Positions 46,427 through 55,444 of a DNA stretch of 64,000 bases are shown piece by piece. The DNA is from Parcubacteria group bacterium ADurb.Bin159 (GTDB lineage: Bacteria > Patescibacteriota > Patescibacteriia > UBA2591 > MWDC01): NCBI GenBank assembly GCA_002070355.1, contig MWDC01000002.1:8814-72813 (forward strand), in the 5' to 3' direction. The notes under the pieces are model-generated. The model saw only the letters and a list, made by a program, of their open reading frames with translations, searched no databases and was not told where the DNA came from. The position numbers and the translations under genes are program-made. How positions within the stretch are numbered: position 1 is the stretch's first letter; each line of letters starts with the position of its first letter.

Positions 46427-47011
46427 ATGGAAATACAAATTCAAGATATTAAAATATTAAGAGAAAAAACGGGTTTAGGAATTGCTGAATGTAAATCTGC
46501 CCTTAAAGAAGCAGGAGGAAACAAGGAAAAGGCTCTTGAAATTCTTGCTATGAAAAGTAAAATTATTTCCCAAGAAAAAGAAAATAGAATAGTTAAAGAA
46601 GGGGTCATTTCAGCTTATGTTCATAGTAATAATAAAATTGGCGTTTTAGTTGAACTTCTTTGTGAAACAGATTTTGTGGCCCGTTCAGTTAAATTTCAAA
46701 ATTTGGCTCATGAAATTGCCCTTCAAATAGCCGCTGCTAATCCTCAATGGATTTCTAAAAACGAGGTTCCACTTAAAATTATGCAAGAAAAAAGAAAAAT
46801 AATAGAAGAGAGTTTAGAAGAAAATAAACCATTGGAAATTAAAGAAAAAATTATTCAAGGGAAGTTAGAGCAATTTTTAAAAGAAAATTGCCTTTTAGAA
46901 CAATCTTATATTCGCGATGAAAAATTTACCATAAATGATTTAATTCAAGAACACATAGCTTTATTTAAAGAAAACATTAAATTATCTCGATTCATTAGAT
47001 TCTCTATATGA
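46427..47011 (+). CDS. tsf: elongation factor Ts (short form)
   Basis: LREKTGLGIAECKSALKEAGGNKEKALEIL (the UBA-like N-terminus) and the dimerisation core. Confidence 0.9.
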   Translation: MEIQIQDIKILREKTGLGIAECKSALKEAGGNKEKALEILAMKSKIISQEKENRIVKEGVISAYVHSNNKIGVLVELLCETDFVARSVKFQNLAHEIALQIAAANPQWISKNEVPLKIMQEKRKIIEESLEENKPLEIKEKIIQGKLEQFLKENCLLEQSYIRDEKFTINDLIQEHIALFKENIKLSRFIRFSI

Positions 47012-47778
47012 GGATTTATGAAATTTTAATAACATCGTGGGATAAGCCATATCTTCTTTCATGCCAAAATGAAAGTATTTCTGAATTATTAAAAGTGGGG
47101 GAGAGAGTAATTTTACGATCTAAATCAGGTATAGATTTAGCGGAGATAGTGGCTATTAAAGAAGTTAATGAATCTCCGGAATTAGTAGAAAAAATAAAAG
47201 AATTTTCTATTTTAAGAAAAGCAAGCGAGGAAGATTGTCAAAAATATAATTATCTTAATCAAGAGGAAAAAATAAAAGAAGCAATAGAAGTCAGTAATAA
47301 ATTGGTTAAAAAGCATAATTTGCCCATTAAAATAATGGGTGCTTATTTTTCTTTTGATGGGGGGAGAATTACTTTTCTTTTTACTGCTCCGGATAGGGTT
47401 GATTTTCGGGAGTTAGTTAAAAATCTCACTCAAGAATTTCATAAGTCAATTAGATTGCATCAAGTTGGCATTAGGCAAGCTCTCGAATTCAGTGGCGATA
47501 TAGGCTCTTGCGGCAGGCCTATTTGTTGTAAAGATTTTTTAAAAGAATTAGGTAAAATAACTACGGATTTAATAGCAGACCAAAATTTATTTAATCGAGG
47601 AGCAGATCGATTAACGGGCATCTGCGGGCGTTTAAAATGTTGTCTCCTTTTTGAAGAAGAAGATTATAAAAAGTCAAAAGCGCCTGTGGCGCGACGAGCA
47701 AGAATACCTATTGGCAAGCAAGGGGTAAGTAAGGAAAATCCTTCAATTCACCGCAAGCAGAAAAAATCAACATTATAA
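47008..47778 (+). CDS. PSP1 C-terminal domain protein (RicT/YaaT-like)
   Basis: GSCGRPICCKDFL..GICGRLKCCLLFEE is the PSP1/RicT hallmark. Its start overlaps the tsf stop (ATGA). Confidence 0.7.
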   Translation: MRIYEILITSWDKPYLLSCQNESISELLKVGERVILRSKSGIDLAEIVAIKEVNESPELVEKIKEFSILRKASEEDCQKYNYLNQEEKIKEAIEVSNKLVKKHNLPIKIMGAYFSFDGGRITFLFTAPDRVDFRELVKNLTQEFHKSIRLHQVGIRQALEFSGDIGSCGRPICCKDFLKELGKITTDLIADQNLFNRGADRLTGICGRLKCCLLFEEEDYKKSKAPVARRARIPIGKQGVSKENPSIHRKQKKSTL

Positions 47779-47787
47779 ATTAAAAGT

Positions 47788-48447
47788 ATGTTTAAAAAGA
47801 TTATTTTGGTTATTATTATTTTAATTATTGTTTTTTTAATAGTTTATTTCTTCTTCATTAATAAAAAATTTAGCAATAAAATTTCTATGCCGGAAGAAAA
47901 AAAATTAAATTTAAGAGGGAAAAAAGTTGCTTTAATTATCGCTCAAGAGGGGTTTGAAGATGACGAATTCTCACAAACCAAAGATGTCTTAATAAGACAA
48001 GGGGCGGAAATATCAGTTGTTTCAAAAAATACGGTTTTGCCTGCTTTAGGGAAATATGGATTAGAAGTAATTCCTGATATTAAATTAGATGATTTGGAAG
48101 TTGAAGATTTTAATGCTATTGTTTTTATTGGCGGTCCTGGGGCAACAGTTTATGTTGATGATTTAAGGGCTCACCAAATTATAAAAGAAGCAGTAGAAAA
48201 AAAGAAAATTTTAGGAGCGATTTGTATTGCTCCGACGATTTTAGCCAAAGCTGGAGTTTTAAGAGGAGTAGAGGCTACGGTTTGGTCTAACGCTTTTGAT
48301 CCAAGTACCATTGATGTTTTAAAAGAAAGTGGGGCTAATTATATAGACAAACCAGTAGTTATTTCAGGTAAAATTGTTACTGCTAACGGTCCATCTGCTG
48401 CCTCTGAATTCGGTGAGGCTTTAGCTAGTTTATTGGGAGAAGAATAA
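47788..48447 (+). CDS. DJ-1/PfpI family protein with an N-terminal membrane anchor
   Basis: An N-terminal TM helix (IILVIIILIIVFLIVYFFFI), KKVALIIAQEGFEDDEF, and the nucleophile elbow AICIAP. Confidence 0.8.
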   Translation: MFKKIILVIIILIIVFLIVYFFFINKKFSNKISMPEEKKLNLRGKKVALIIAQEGFEDDEFSQTKDVLIRQGAEISVVSKNTVLPALGKYGLEVIPDIKLDDLEVEDFNAIVFIGGPGATVYVDDLRAHQIIKEAVEKKKILGAICIAPTILAKAGVLRGVEATVWSNAFDPSTIDVLKESGANYIDKPVVISGKIVTANGPSAASEFGEALASLLGEE

Positions 48448-48550
48448 AATAATCTAGAAATAAATTAAAAATTTTCTTCAAAGATTTCATTAAGAGCAGA
48501 ATGCCAAAATTTAAAATTCAAAATTCTATATTCTAATTAATTTTTTTATT

Positions 48551-49561
48551 ATGCTTTCCAAAATTCGTTTAGCTATTAATGGTTTTGGCCGTATTGGCCG
48601 AGCAGCATTTAAAATTGGTTGGGAAAGGCAAGATATTGAATTTGTTGCCATTAATGATTTGGGCGATATAAAGACAATGGCGCATCTTTTAAAATATGAT
48701 TCTATTTATGGCATTTGGGATAAAGAAATAGATTATGATGAGCAAGGTTTGATTATAAATAAAAAAAGAGTGCCTATTTTAAAAGAAAAAGAGCCGATGA
48801 ATTTGCCTTGGAAAAAGATGGGGGTTGATATTGTTTTAGAATCTACAGGTATTTTTTTAGACAAAGAATCATCAATGGGCCATATTAAAGCTGGAGCAAA
48901 AAGAGTTATCATTTCCGCGCCTGCTAAAGGAGAGGATATCCCTACCTATATTTTAGGAGTTAATGAAGAAAAATTAGATGCCTCCCAACTTATTATTTCT
49001 AATGGTTCCTGCACCACTAATTGTTTAGCGCCAATAGTAAAAATTTTAGATGATAATTTTGGTTTAGATTATGGATTTATGACCACGGTACATGCTTATA
49101 CAAATGACCAAAAAATATTAGATTTACCCCATAAAGATTTACGGCGAGCGAGAGCAGCGGGATTTAATATGATTCCGACTACAAGTGGCGCAACCAAAAC
49201 AGTAGTAGATGTCCTTCCTCATCTTAAAGGACGGTTAGACGGTTTAGCCATAAGAGTACCCATTCCCGTTGTTTCTCTTGTTGATTTTGTTTGTCTCACT
49301 AAAAAAGAAGTTAATGTTTCGTTAATTAATCAAACGTTTGAACAAGCTTCTAAGGGGGTGTTATCCAATATCATAGCCGTAACTAATGAGCCGCTTGTTT
49401 CTTCAGATTTTAAGGGGGACACTCATTCGGCTATTGTTGACCTTTCTTTAACTCAAGTTCAAAATAATAATTTAGTTAAAATTATTGCTTGGTATGATAA
49501 TGAATGGGGTTATTCTCAGCGCTATATTGAGTTGGCTGAATATTTAGGAAGGAAAATTTAA
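48551..49561 (+). CDS. gap: glyceraldehyde-3-phosphate dehydrogenase
   Basis: INGFGRIGR (Rossmann fold) and the catalytic SNGSCTTNCLAP. Confidence 0.95.
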   Translation: MLSKIRLAINGFGRIGRAAFKIGWERQDIEFVAINDLGDIKTMAHLLKYDSIYGIWDKEIDYDEQGLIINKKRVPILKEKEPMNLPWKKMGVDIVLESTGIFLDKESSMGHIKAGAKRVIISAPAKGEDIPTYILGVNEEKLDASQLIISNGSCTTNCLAPIVKILDDNFGLDYGFMTTVHAYTNDQKILDLPHKDLRRARAAGFNMIPTTSGATKTVVDVLPHLKGRLDGLAIRVPIPVVSLVDFVCLTKKEVNVSLINQTFEQASKGVLSNIIAVTNEPLVSSDFKGDTHSAIVDLSLTQVQNNNLVKIIAWYDNEWGYSQRYIELAEYLGRKI

Positions 49562-49572
49562 TATTTAAAATT

Positions 49573-49959
49573 ATGTCTCAAAAATTTATTCCAATTATTG
49601 TTTTAACCTCCATTTCTTTAATTGTTTGCTTTTTTATAGGTTGTCTTTTTATGTTTTTTAAAGACACTGCTTTAAGTATAATGTTTTCTGATGATAAAAT
49701 TGATGATTTAATGAGAGAAGAGGGTATTACTAATGAGATGATAAAAATATCAATGACTTTTGTTGGTTCTTTAAGTTTAGCTTTGGCAGCTTGGTTTGGT
49801 TTGGCTCTCAATCAAATGAGTTCAGGAAAAGCATTTATTCATTTTATTATTCCAGCAGTGTTATCTTTTGTTTTAGGTATTTGGTTAGCTGGTATTTGTG
49901 GTTTTATCGCTGCTTTTATTTATAAACATCAAATAAAAGCAAATAAATTGACAAAATAA
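49573..49959 (+). CDS. small hypothetical membrane protein (three TM helices)
   Basis: 128 aa, hydrophobic, no recognisable motifs. Confidence 0.4.
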   Translation: MSQKFIPIIVLTSISLIVCFFIGCLFMFFKDTALSIMFSDDKIDDLMREEGITNEMIKISMTFVGSLSLALAAWFGLALNQMSSGKAFIHFIIPAVLSFVLGIWLAGICGFIAAFIYKHQIKANKLTK

Positions 49960-49967
49960 GATAAAAG

Positions 49968-50034
49968 TTATCCACAATTTATCCACAGTTTATCCACTTC
50001 TTTGATTTGGATTTTTTTTATTTTAGTTTATAAT
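49968..50034 (+). promoter_or_regulatory. oriC-type DnaA-box array (three direct TTATCCACA boxes with 11-bp periodicity: 49968, 49979, 49990), an AT-rich segment, and a dnaA promoter (TTGGAT-N16-TATAAT, 50007-50034) ending 8 nt before the ATG
   Basis: ttatccacaat-ttatccacagt-ttatccact; the -10 box tataat is at 50029-50034. Confidence 0.8.
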
Positions 50035-50042
50035 AAACCAAT

Positions 50043-51434
50043 ATGACAGAAGAAAAAAATAATAAAATAGAAGAAATAAATAAAGAAGAACTTTGGCAAA
50101 GTGTTTTGGGTGAATTAGAAGTTTCTATTTCTCCGGCAAATTTCAAAACCTGGTTTTCTAATACTTTTATTTTACGATTTGAAAATAATGGAGAAACGGT
50201 TGTTATCGGTGTGCCCAATGTTTTTACTGAGCAATGGTTAAGTCAAAAATACCATAAAGCGATATTAGATGCCTTTCAAAACATAACCGATAATAAAATA
50301 AAAGAGATTGTTTATACTATTAAAGCCGCTCTTCCTCCTCAAGAAAGATTTTTGGATAATTTAATAAAAATAAAAGCAAATGATAATGAAGGAACTTTTA
50401 AAACAGATAAACACGGGCTTAATCCTCGTTATACTTTCGAAAATTTTATTGTGGGAAAGGGCAACGAATTAGCCCATGCCGCTGCTATAGCAGTAAGTAA
50501 ACAACCAGGGAAAAAATATAATCCGCTTTTTATTTACGGGGGAGTGGGATTAGGTAAAACTCATCTTCTTCAAGCGATAGGGCATCGTGTTCTAGCTAAA
50601 AATCCTAAAACTAAAGTTCGTTATGTTAATGCCGAGGTTTTTACAAATGAATTTATTGAAGGCATTAGAACTGGTCAAAATGATAATTTTAAAAATAAGT
50701 ATCGTCAACTTGATTTTCTTTTAGTTGATGATATTCAATTTATGGCAGGGAAAGAGAGGACAGAAGAAGAATTTTTTCACACTTTTGATTGGCTTCATCA
50801 AGGAGGCAAACAAATAGTTATTACTTCTGATAGGCCCCCGAAATCTTTACCTGCTCTAGAAAAGAGGATTATTTCCCGATTTGAATGGGGATTAATTTGC
50901 GATATTACTCCTCCTGATTTTGAAACACGTTTGGCTATTTTAAAAACAAAATCAAAAGAAAAGGGATATAAATTAGAAGATGATGTTTTAAATTATTTAG
51001 CTAGTCATATACAAAATAATGTAAGAGAATTGGAAGGAGCGTTGAATAAAATTTTTGCTTGGCATGAATTAAAAGGAGGGCCGATTAATCTTGATGTAGT
51101 AGAAAAAATTATAAAAAGTTTGAATCAAATACAAAAAGGGTCTGTTAAAAGTGATAAAATAATTCAAGAAGTATCAGAGTTTTATAATTTGACGCCTCTT
51201 GATTTGAAAAGCGCTTCTCGAAAAAAAGAATTAGTGATGTCAAGGCAAATAGCTATGTATTTATTAAGAGAAGATTTAAACTTATCTTTTCCTGCTATTG
51301 GAAAAATTATAGGGGGGCGCGATCATTCTACCACTATGCATGGATGGGAAAAGGTAAAAAAAGAAGTTGAAGAAGGGGGAGAAACAAAACAAGATATTGA
51401 TTCTATCAGACAAAGAATTTATACTCATAAATAA
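50043..51434 (+). CDS. dnaA: chromosomal replication initiator DnaA
   Basis: AAA+ Walker A GGVGLGKTHLLQAIG, Walker B LLVDDIQF, and a C-terminal DnaA-box binding HTH (SRQIAMYLLRE..IGKIIGGRDHSTTMH). Confidence 0.95.
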   Translation: MTEEKNNKIEEINKEELWQSVLGELEVSISPANFKTWFSNTFILRFENNGETVVIGVPNVFTEQWLSQKYHKAILDAFQNITDNKIKEIVYTIKAALPPQERFLDNLIKIKANDNEGTFKTDKHGLNPRYTFENFIVGKGNELAHAAAIAVSKQPGKKYNPLFIYGGVGLGKTHLLQAIGHRVLAKNPKTKVRYVNAEVFTNEFIEGIRTGQNDNFKNKYRQLDFLLVDDIQFMAGKERTEEEFFHTFDWLHQGGKQIVITSDRPPKSLPALEKRIISRFEWGLICDITPPDFETRLAILKTKSKEKGYKLEDDVLNYLASHIQNNVRELEGALNKIFAWHELKGGPINLDVVEKIIKSLNQIQKGSVKSDKIIQEVSEFYNLTPLDLKSASRKKELVMSRQIAMYLLREDLNLSFPAIGKIIGGRDHSTTMHGWEKVKKEVEEGGETKQDIDSIRQRIYTHK

Positions 51435-51441
51435 ATTTAAA

Positions 51442-52293
51442 ATGACCAAAAATAAAGAAATTTTTGTTCGAAAAGCTACTGGAGGAAGAGATAAATTTAG
51501 ACCGGAAAAAATAAAAAATACTTGTTTGAGGATTGGGGTAAACCCTGAAACAGCCCAAAAAATCGTTGATAAGGTTTCTGAAGAGATATATAACGGTATT
51601 TCCACTAAAAAAATATTAGAAAAAACACGTTATTATTTAAAAGAAATTTCTCCGGTTTTATCTGATATTTATTCTTTAAAATCAGCTATGTTAGAACTTG
51701 GTCCAGATGGTTTTATTTTTGAAGAATATTGTCGCCGACTTTTAAATTATTACAATATTCCCGCTGTTTGCCCTAAAACTATTTTTGGGTTTTGTATTAG
51801 TCATGAAGTTGATATAATTTTTGAAAATGAAAAAAAATATACTTTTATTGAATGTAAATATCACAATAGGCAAGGAATATATTGCGGTTCAAAGGATATT
51901 CTTTATACTTGGGCAAGATTTTTAGATCTGCAAGATGGATTTAAATCACAAAAAAATTTTTATAATTTTACTTCAGTTTGGCTAATTACCAATACTAAAT
52001 TTTCTGACCATGCTAAACAATTTGGCTTATGTAAAAAGATGGGTCTTTTAGGATGGAATTGGCCAGAAAATGGAGGGTTGGCTTATTATATTAAAAAAGC
52101 AAAATTTTGGCCAATTACCATTTTGTCTAATATTGATAATAACATTCGTAAAATTTTATTTAAAGAAGGAATTATATTAATAAGCGATTTACTTAAACCA
52201 AATTTTACTTTAAAAAACGGTAAAATCAGCCAAAAGAAAATATCTATCATCCAAGAAGAAGCCCAAAAAGTAATGGATTATTTTAAAGAGTAA
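51442..52293 (+). CDS. ATP-cone domain fused to a PD-(D/E)xK (Mrr-like restriction endonuclease fold) domain
   Basis: N-terminus IFVRKATGGRDKFRPEKIKNTCLRIGV is ATP-cone-like, as in NrdR. The C-terminal half has ..FIFEEYCRRLL..HEVDIIFENEKKYTFIECKYH. (hD..ExK). The start is trimmed to MTKNKE to avoid overlapping dnaA. Confidence 0.55.
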   Translation: MTKNKEIFVRKATGGRDKFRPEKIKNTCLRIGVNPETAQKIVDKVSEEIYNGISTKKILEKTRYYLKEISPVLSDIYSLKSAMLELGPDGFIFEEYCRRLLNYYNIPAVCPKTIFGFCISHEVDIIFENEKKYTFIECKYHNRQGIYCGSKDILYTWARFLDLQDGFKSQKNFYNFTSVWLITNTKFSDHAKQFGLCKKMGLLGWNWPENGGLAYYIKKAKFWPITILSNIDNNIRKILFKEGIILISDLLKPNFTLKNGKISQKKISIIQEEAQKVMDYFKE

Positions 52294-52312
52294 AATAAAT
52301 ATATTTTTTATT

Positions 52313-53983
52313 ATGCCTCAAAACAACACATCTCCCACTTCCGAAGAAATGGAAAAAAAATTAAAAGATAAACTTAGCGGTCTTGCTTTAGAAAAGGAAG
52401 AAGAAAACGCTAGAAATATGGCTTACAGCTTAGGATTAGATTATATTAATTTATATAACTTTCCTATTGCCCCGGAAGCCTTAAGGTTAATTTCCGAAGA
52501 AGAGGCGAGACAATTTAATACTGTTTGTTTTTGGTTGGGAGAGAAAGAGGCGAAATTAGCTACAACCTTAATAGAAAAATCAAAAATAAGAGAATTCCAA
52601 AAAATTTTTGAAGAAAGGGCGGGGGTATCTACTCGTCTTTTTTTTGTTTCTCAAAATAGTTTAAAATATGCTCTTGATTTTTATAAAACGCTTCCCAAAA
52701 TTTATCAGCCATCTAAGGGGGTTCAAATTACTTCTGTTGATTTAGCACGTTTTGAAGATAAAATAAAAACCTTTAAGGATTTAAACGAAGAGATAAAAAA
52801 TGTTTCTATTTCAGATATCGTAACCTTAATTGTTGCTTCAGCTATTAATTCCCGCGCTTCAGATATTCATATAGAAGCAGAAGAAAAGGAAATTAAAGTT
52901 CGATTTAGAGTTGATGGAGTTTTAGTGGATGTAGCTGATATAGATAAAGATTTATGGAAAAGTATTATTTCGCGTATAAAATTACTCTCCGCTCTTAAAA
53001 TTAACATTAATGACCAACCCCAAGATGGCCGTTTTACCATAAATTTGCCGAACGATAAAGTAGATGTAAGGGTTTCTACTTTGCCGACGGCATTTGGAGA
53101 AAGCGTAGTAATGAGGTTGCTTCGTTCTTCTTCTGTTGGTTTGCAATTTGAAGATTTAGGTTTAATAGACAGGGCGTTTGACATACTATCCCGGGCAATT
53201 AAGAGGCCGAATGGTATGATTATTACCACTGGTCCGACTGGTTCAGGGAAAACGACTACTCTTTACGCTATTTTAAATAAAATTAATCGGCCAGAAATAA
53301 AAATTCTTACTTTAGAAGACCCTATTGAATATCACTTAGAAGGAATTAATCAAAGTCAAGTAGATAAAGAAAAAGATTATACTTTTGCTAAAGGCCTTCG
53401 CTCACTTATGCGGCAAGATCCTGATGTAATAATGATTGGAGAAATTAGGGACGGGGAAACAGCAGAAATAGCTATTCAAGCAGCTTTAACCGGCCATTTA
53501 GTTATTTCCACTCTTCATACTAATGACGCCGCTGGAGCAATTCCCAGATTTATTGCTTTAGGAGCAAAACCATTTCTTTTAGCCCCGGCTTTAAATGTGA
53601 TTATTGCTCAAAGATTAGTTCGCCGAATTTGCCCTGAATGCAAGAAAGAAACAAAATTATCTCCTGACCTTCTCAAAAGAGTTTCTGCTGATTTGAATAA
53701 AATTCCGCAGAAAAACAATCTTTCTTTAGAAAAACTTAAATTTTATAAAGGAGAGGGATGTTCTCATTGTCAAGGATTAGGATATCATGGCCGTATCGGT
53801 ATTTATGAGGTTTTAGAAATTACTTCAGAAGCTGAAAAGATTATCAACGAAGGAGATGTTTCTGAATATAAAATAAAAGAATTCGCCGCCAGCCAAGGGA
53901 TGGTTCCTATGGTGGGCGATGGTTTATTAAAAGCCATTAATGGAATTACTACTGTAGACGAAGTATATCGTGTCATCGAATAA
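52313..53983 (+). CDS. type II secretion / type IV pilus assembly ATPase (GspE/PilB family)
   Basis: Walker A GPTGSGKTTT, Asp/His boxes, Walker B DPDVIMIGEIRD, and the tetracysteine CPECKK..CSHCQGLGY. Confidence 0.9.
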   Translation: MPQNNTSPTSEEMEKKLKDKLSGLALEKEEENARNMAYSLGLDYINLYNFPIAPEALRLISEEEARQFNTVCFWLGEKEAKLATTLIEKSKIREFQKIFEERAGVSTRLFFVSQNSLKYALDFYKTLPKIYQPSKGVQITSVDLARFEDKIKTFKDLNEEIKNVSISDIVTLIVASAINSRASDIHIEAEEKEIKVRFRVDGVLVDVADIDKDLWKSIISRIKLLSALKININDQPQDGRFTINLPNDKVDVRVSTLPTAFGESVVMRLLRSSSVGLQFEDLGLIDRAFDILSRAIKRPNGMIITTGPTGSGKTTTLYAILNKINRPEIKILTLEDPIEYHLEGINQSQVDKEKDYTFAKGLRSLMRQDPDVIMIGEIRDGETAEIAIQAALTGHLVISTLHTNDAAGAIPRFIALGAKPFLLAPALNVIIAQRLVRRICPECKKETKLSPDLLKRVSADLNKIPQKNNLSLEKLKFYKGEGCSHCQGLGYHGRIGIYEVLEITSEAEKIINEGDVSEYKIKEFAASQGMVPMVGDGLLKAINGITTVDEVYRVIE

Positions 53984-53984
53984 A

Positions 53985-54222
53985 GGGGACAGTCCCCTTT
54001 TTCTGCCTCTCGCAAACCCGCATCAATAAAGGCTTATCTCGCGAGAAAATCAAATTTGACACTTTTTTTACCTTTTTAAAATAATAATAAAAATAAATTA
54101 AATTTTATATTCCATATTCCAAATTCTAAATTCTGATCAAAATCGTGCCATTTTTGAAAAATCGCCTGGAAATCCGCATCAATAAAGGGCTTCCTGCGGT
54201 CGGTTTTTGGGGTCTGACCCCC
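53985..54222 (+). repeat. modular intergenic repeat element, copy F (~238 bp), inverted partner of copy A
   Basis: M1 (53985-53997) starts 1 nt after the gspE stop. M3 aaacccgcatcaataaagg (54014-54032); TTGACA-N15-TAAAAT (54056-54082); AT-rich core; M5 in reverse complement (54136-54155); M3 (54170-54189); M2 GGGGTCTGACCCCC (54209-54222). Confidence 0.85.
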
Positions 54223-54255
54223 AATTAAAATACCAATTTTTTATTTACGCCTAAA

Positions 54256-55329
54256 ATGGAAAAATTATTCCAAAAACAAACAAAAGAGAGGATGAAAAAC
54301 TCCTCTTTATTTATAGTTATTCCTTGCCATAATGGTAGAAAATATATTAAAGATTTAATTTATTCGCTTAATCAAGGCGAAGTAAAACCAAATTCAATAA
54401 TTATTATAGATAATGGCTCAACTGACGGCACTGCGGATCTAATTCAACAAGAATTTCCCGAAGTTAGATTATTCTCTTATAAAGAAAGCCTTGGTTATGC
54501 CAAGGCATCTAATTTAGGAATAAAAAAAGCTTTAGAAGATGGGCCGGATTATATTTTTCTTCTTAATCAAGATATAATTTGCAAAAAAGACACTATAAAA
54601 AATTTGATTGATTTTGCCGAAATCCATCAAAATTTTTTTATTCTCTCTCCCTTAATTCTTTGTTGGCCTGAAAAAGATTTAATACAAACTTCGGGAGATA
54701 TGATGCATTTTTTAGGTTTTGGCTATTCAGGCAATTATAAATTGCCTTTATCCGAATTTAAATTAAAACCATTTACTTATGCTTCAGGCGCGGCAATGTT
54801 TTTCAACGCTCAAAAATTAAAAAAAATTGGTTTTTTTGATGAAGATTTTGTTATGTATCACGAAGATGCAGATTTGTGTTTAAGGGCGCAATTAAAAAAA
54901 GAAAAATATTTACTTGTTCCCCAAGCGCAACTTTATCATCGTTATAAAGAAGAAATTAGCGATTTTCGCTGGTTTTGGTCGGAAAGAAATAGAATTTTAA
55001 CTTTGATAAAATTTTATAAATTACCCACTTTACTTCTTATTGCTCCCTTATTTAAGTTTATGGAATTAGGGGTTCTTGGTTTTAGCTTATTCGATGGCTG
55101 GTTAAACCTTAAAATAAAAAGCTATCAGGACATTTATAAATTGCTTCCTAAAATATTAAAAAAGAGAAAAATTATTCAAAAAGAACGGAAAATATCAGAT
55201 AAAGAATTTTTAAAATATTTTGTAGCTACTTTTCATTTTGAAGGATTTACTCATCCTTTGCTTAAATACATAGTAAATCCTATTTTTGGTTTTGCCTGGA
55301 AAATTCTTTATTCTTGTGTATTTTGGTAA
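54256..55329 (+). CDS. family 2 glycosyltransferase
   Basis: LFIVIPCHNGRKYI..IIIIDNGSTDGT and a DxD-containing region EDADLCLRA. Confidence 0.8.
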   Translation: MEKLFQKQTKERMKNSSLFIVIPCHNGRKYIKDLIYSLNQGEVKPNSIIIIDNGSTDGTADLIQQEFPEVRLFSYKESLGYAKASNLGIKKALEDGPDYIFLLNQDIICKKDTIKNLIDFAEIHQNFFILSPLILCWPEKDLIQTSGDMMHFLGFGYSGNYKLPLSEFKLKPFTYASGAAMFFNAQKLKKIGFFDEDFVMYHEDADLCLRAQLKKEKYLLVPQAQLYHRYKEEISDFRWFWSERNRILTLIKFYKLPTLLLIAPLFKFMELGVLGFSLFDGWLNLKIKSYQDIYKLLPKILKKRKIIQKERKISDKEFLKYFVATFHFEGFTHPLLKYIVNPIFGFAWKILYSCVFW

Positions 55330-55444
55330 AATACAGCAGAAACCTTTTTAAGACACTCTTTTCTTATTTTTAAAATAGCCCAAGAATCATTTATATCTTG
55401 GGTCTTTATTTTAAGGGTTAAAATGATATAATAATATAAAGATT

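Noticed and set aside
53985-53997. M1 palindrome GGGGACAGTCCCC as a simple intrinsic terminator everywhere
   Set aside because: The 1-nt centre cannot form a tight hairpin. Only some copies are followed by a T-run on the transcribed strand (after gspE; after valS on the minus strand). Others are followed by A-runs, so a uniform terminator role is not supported.
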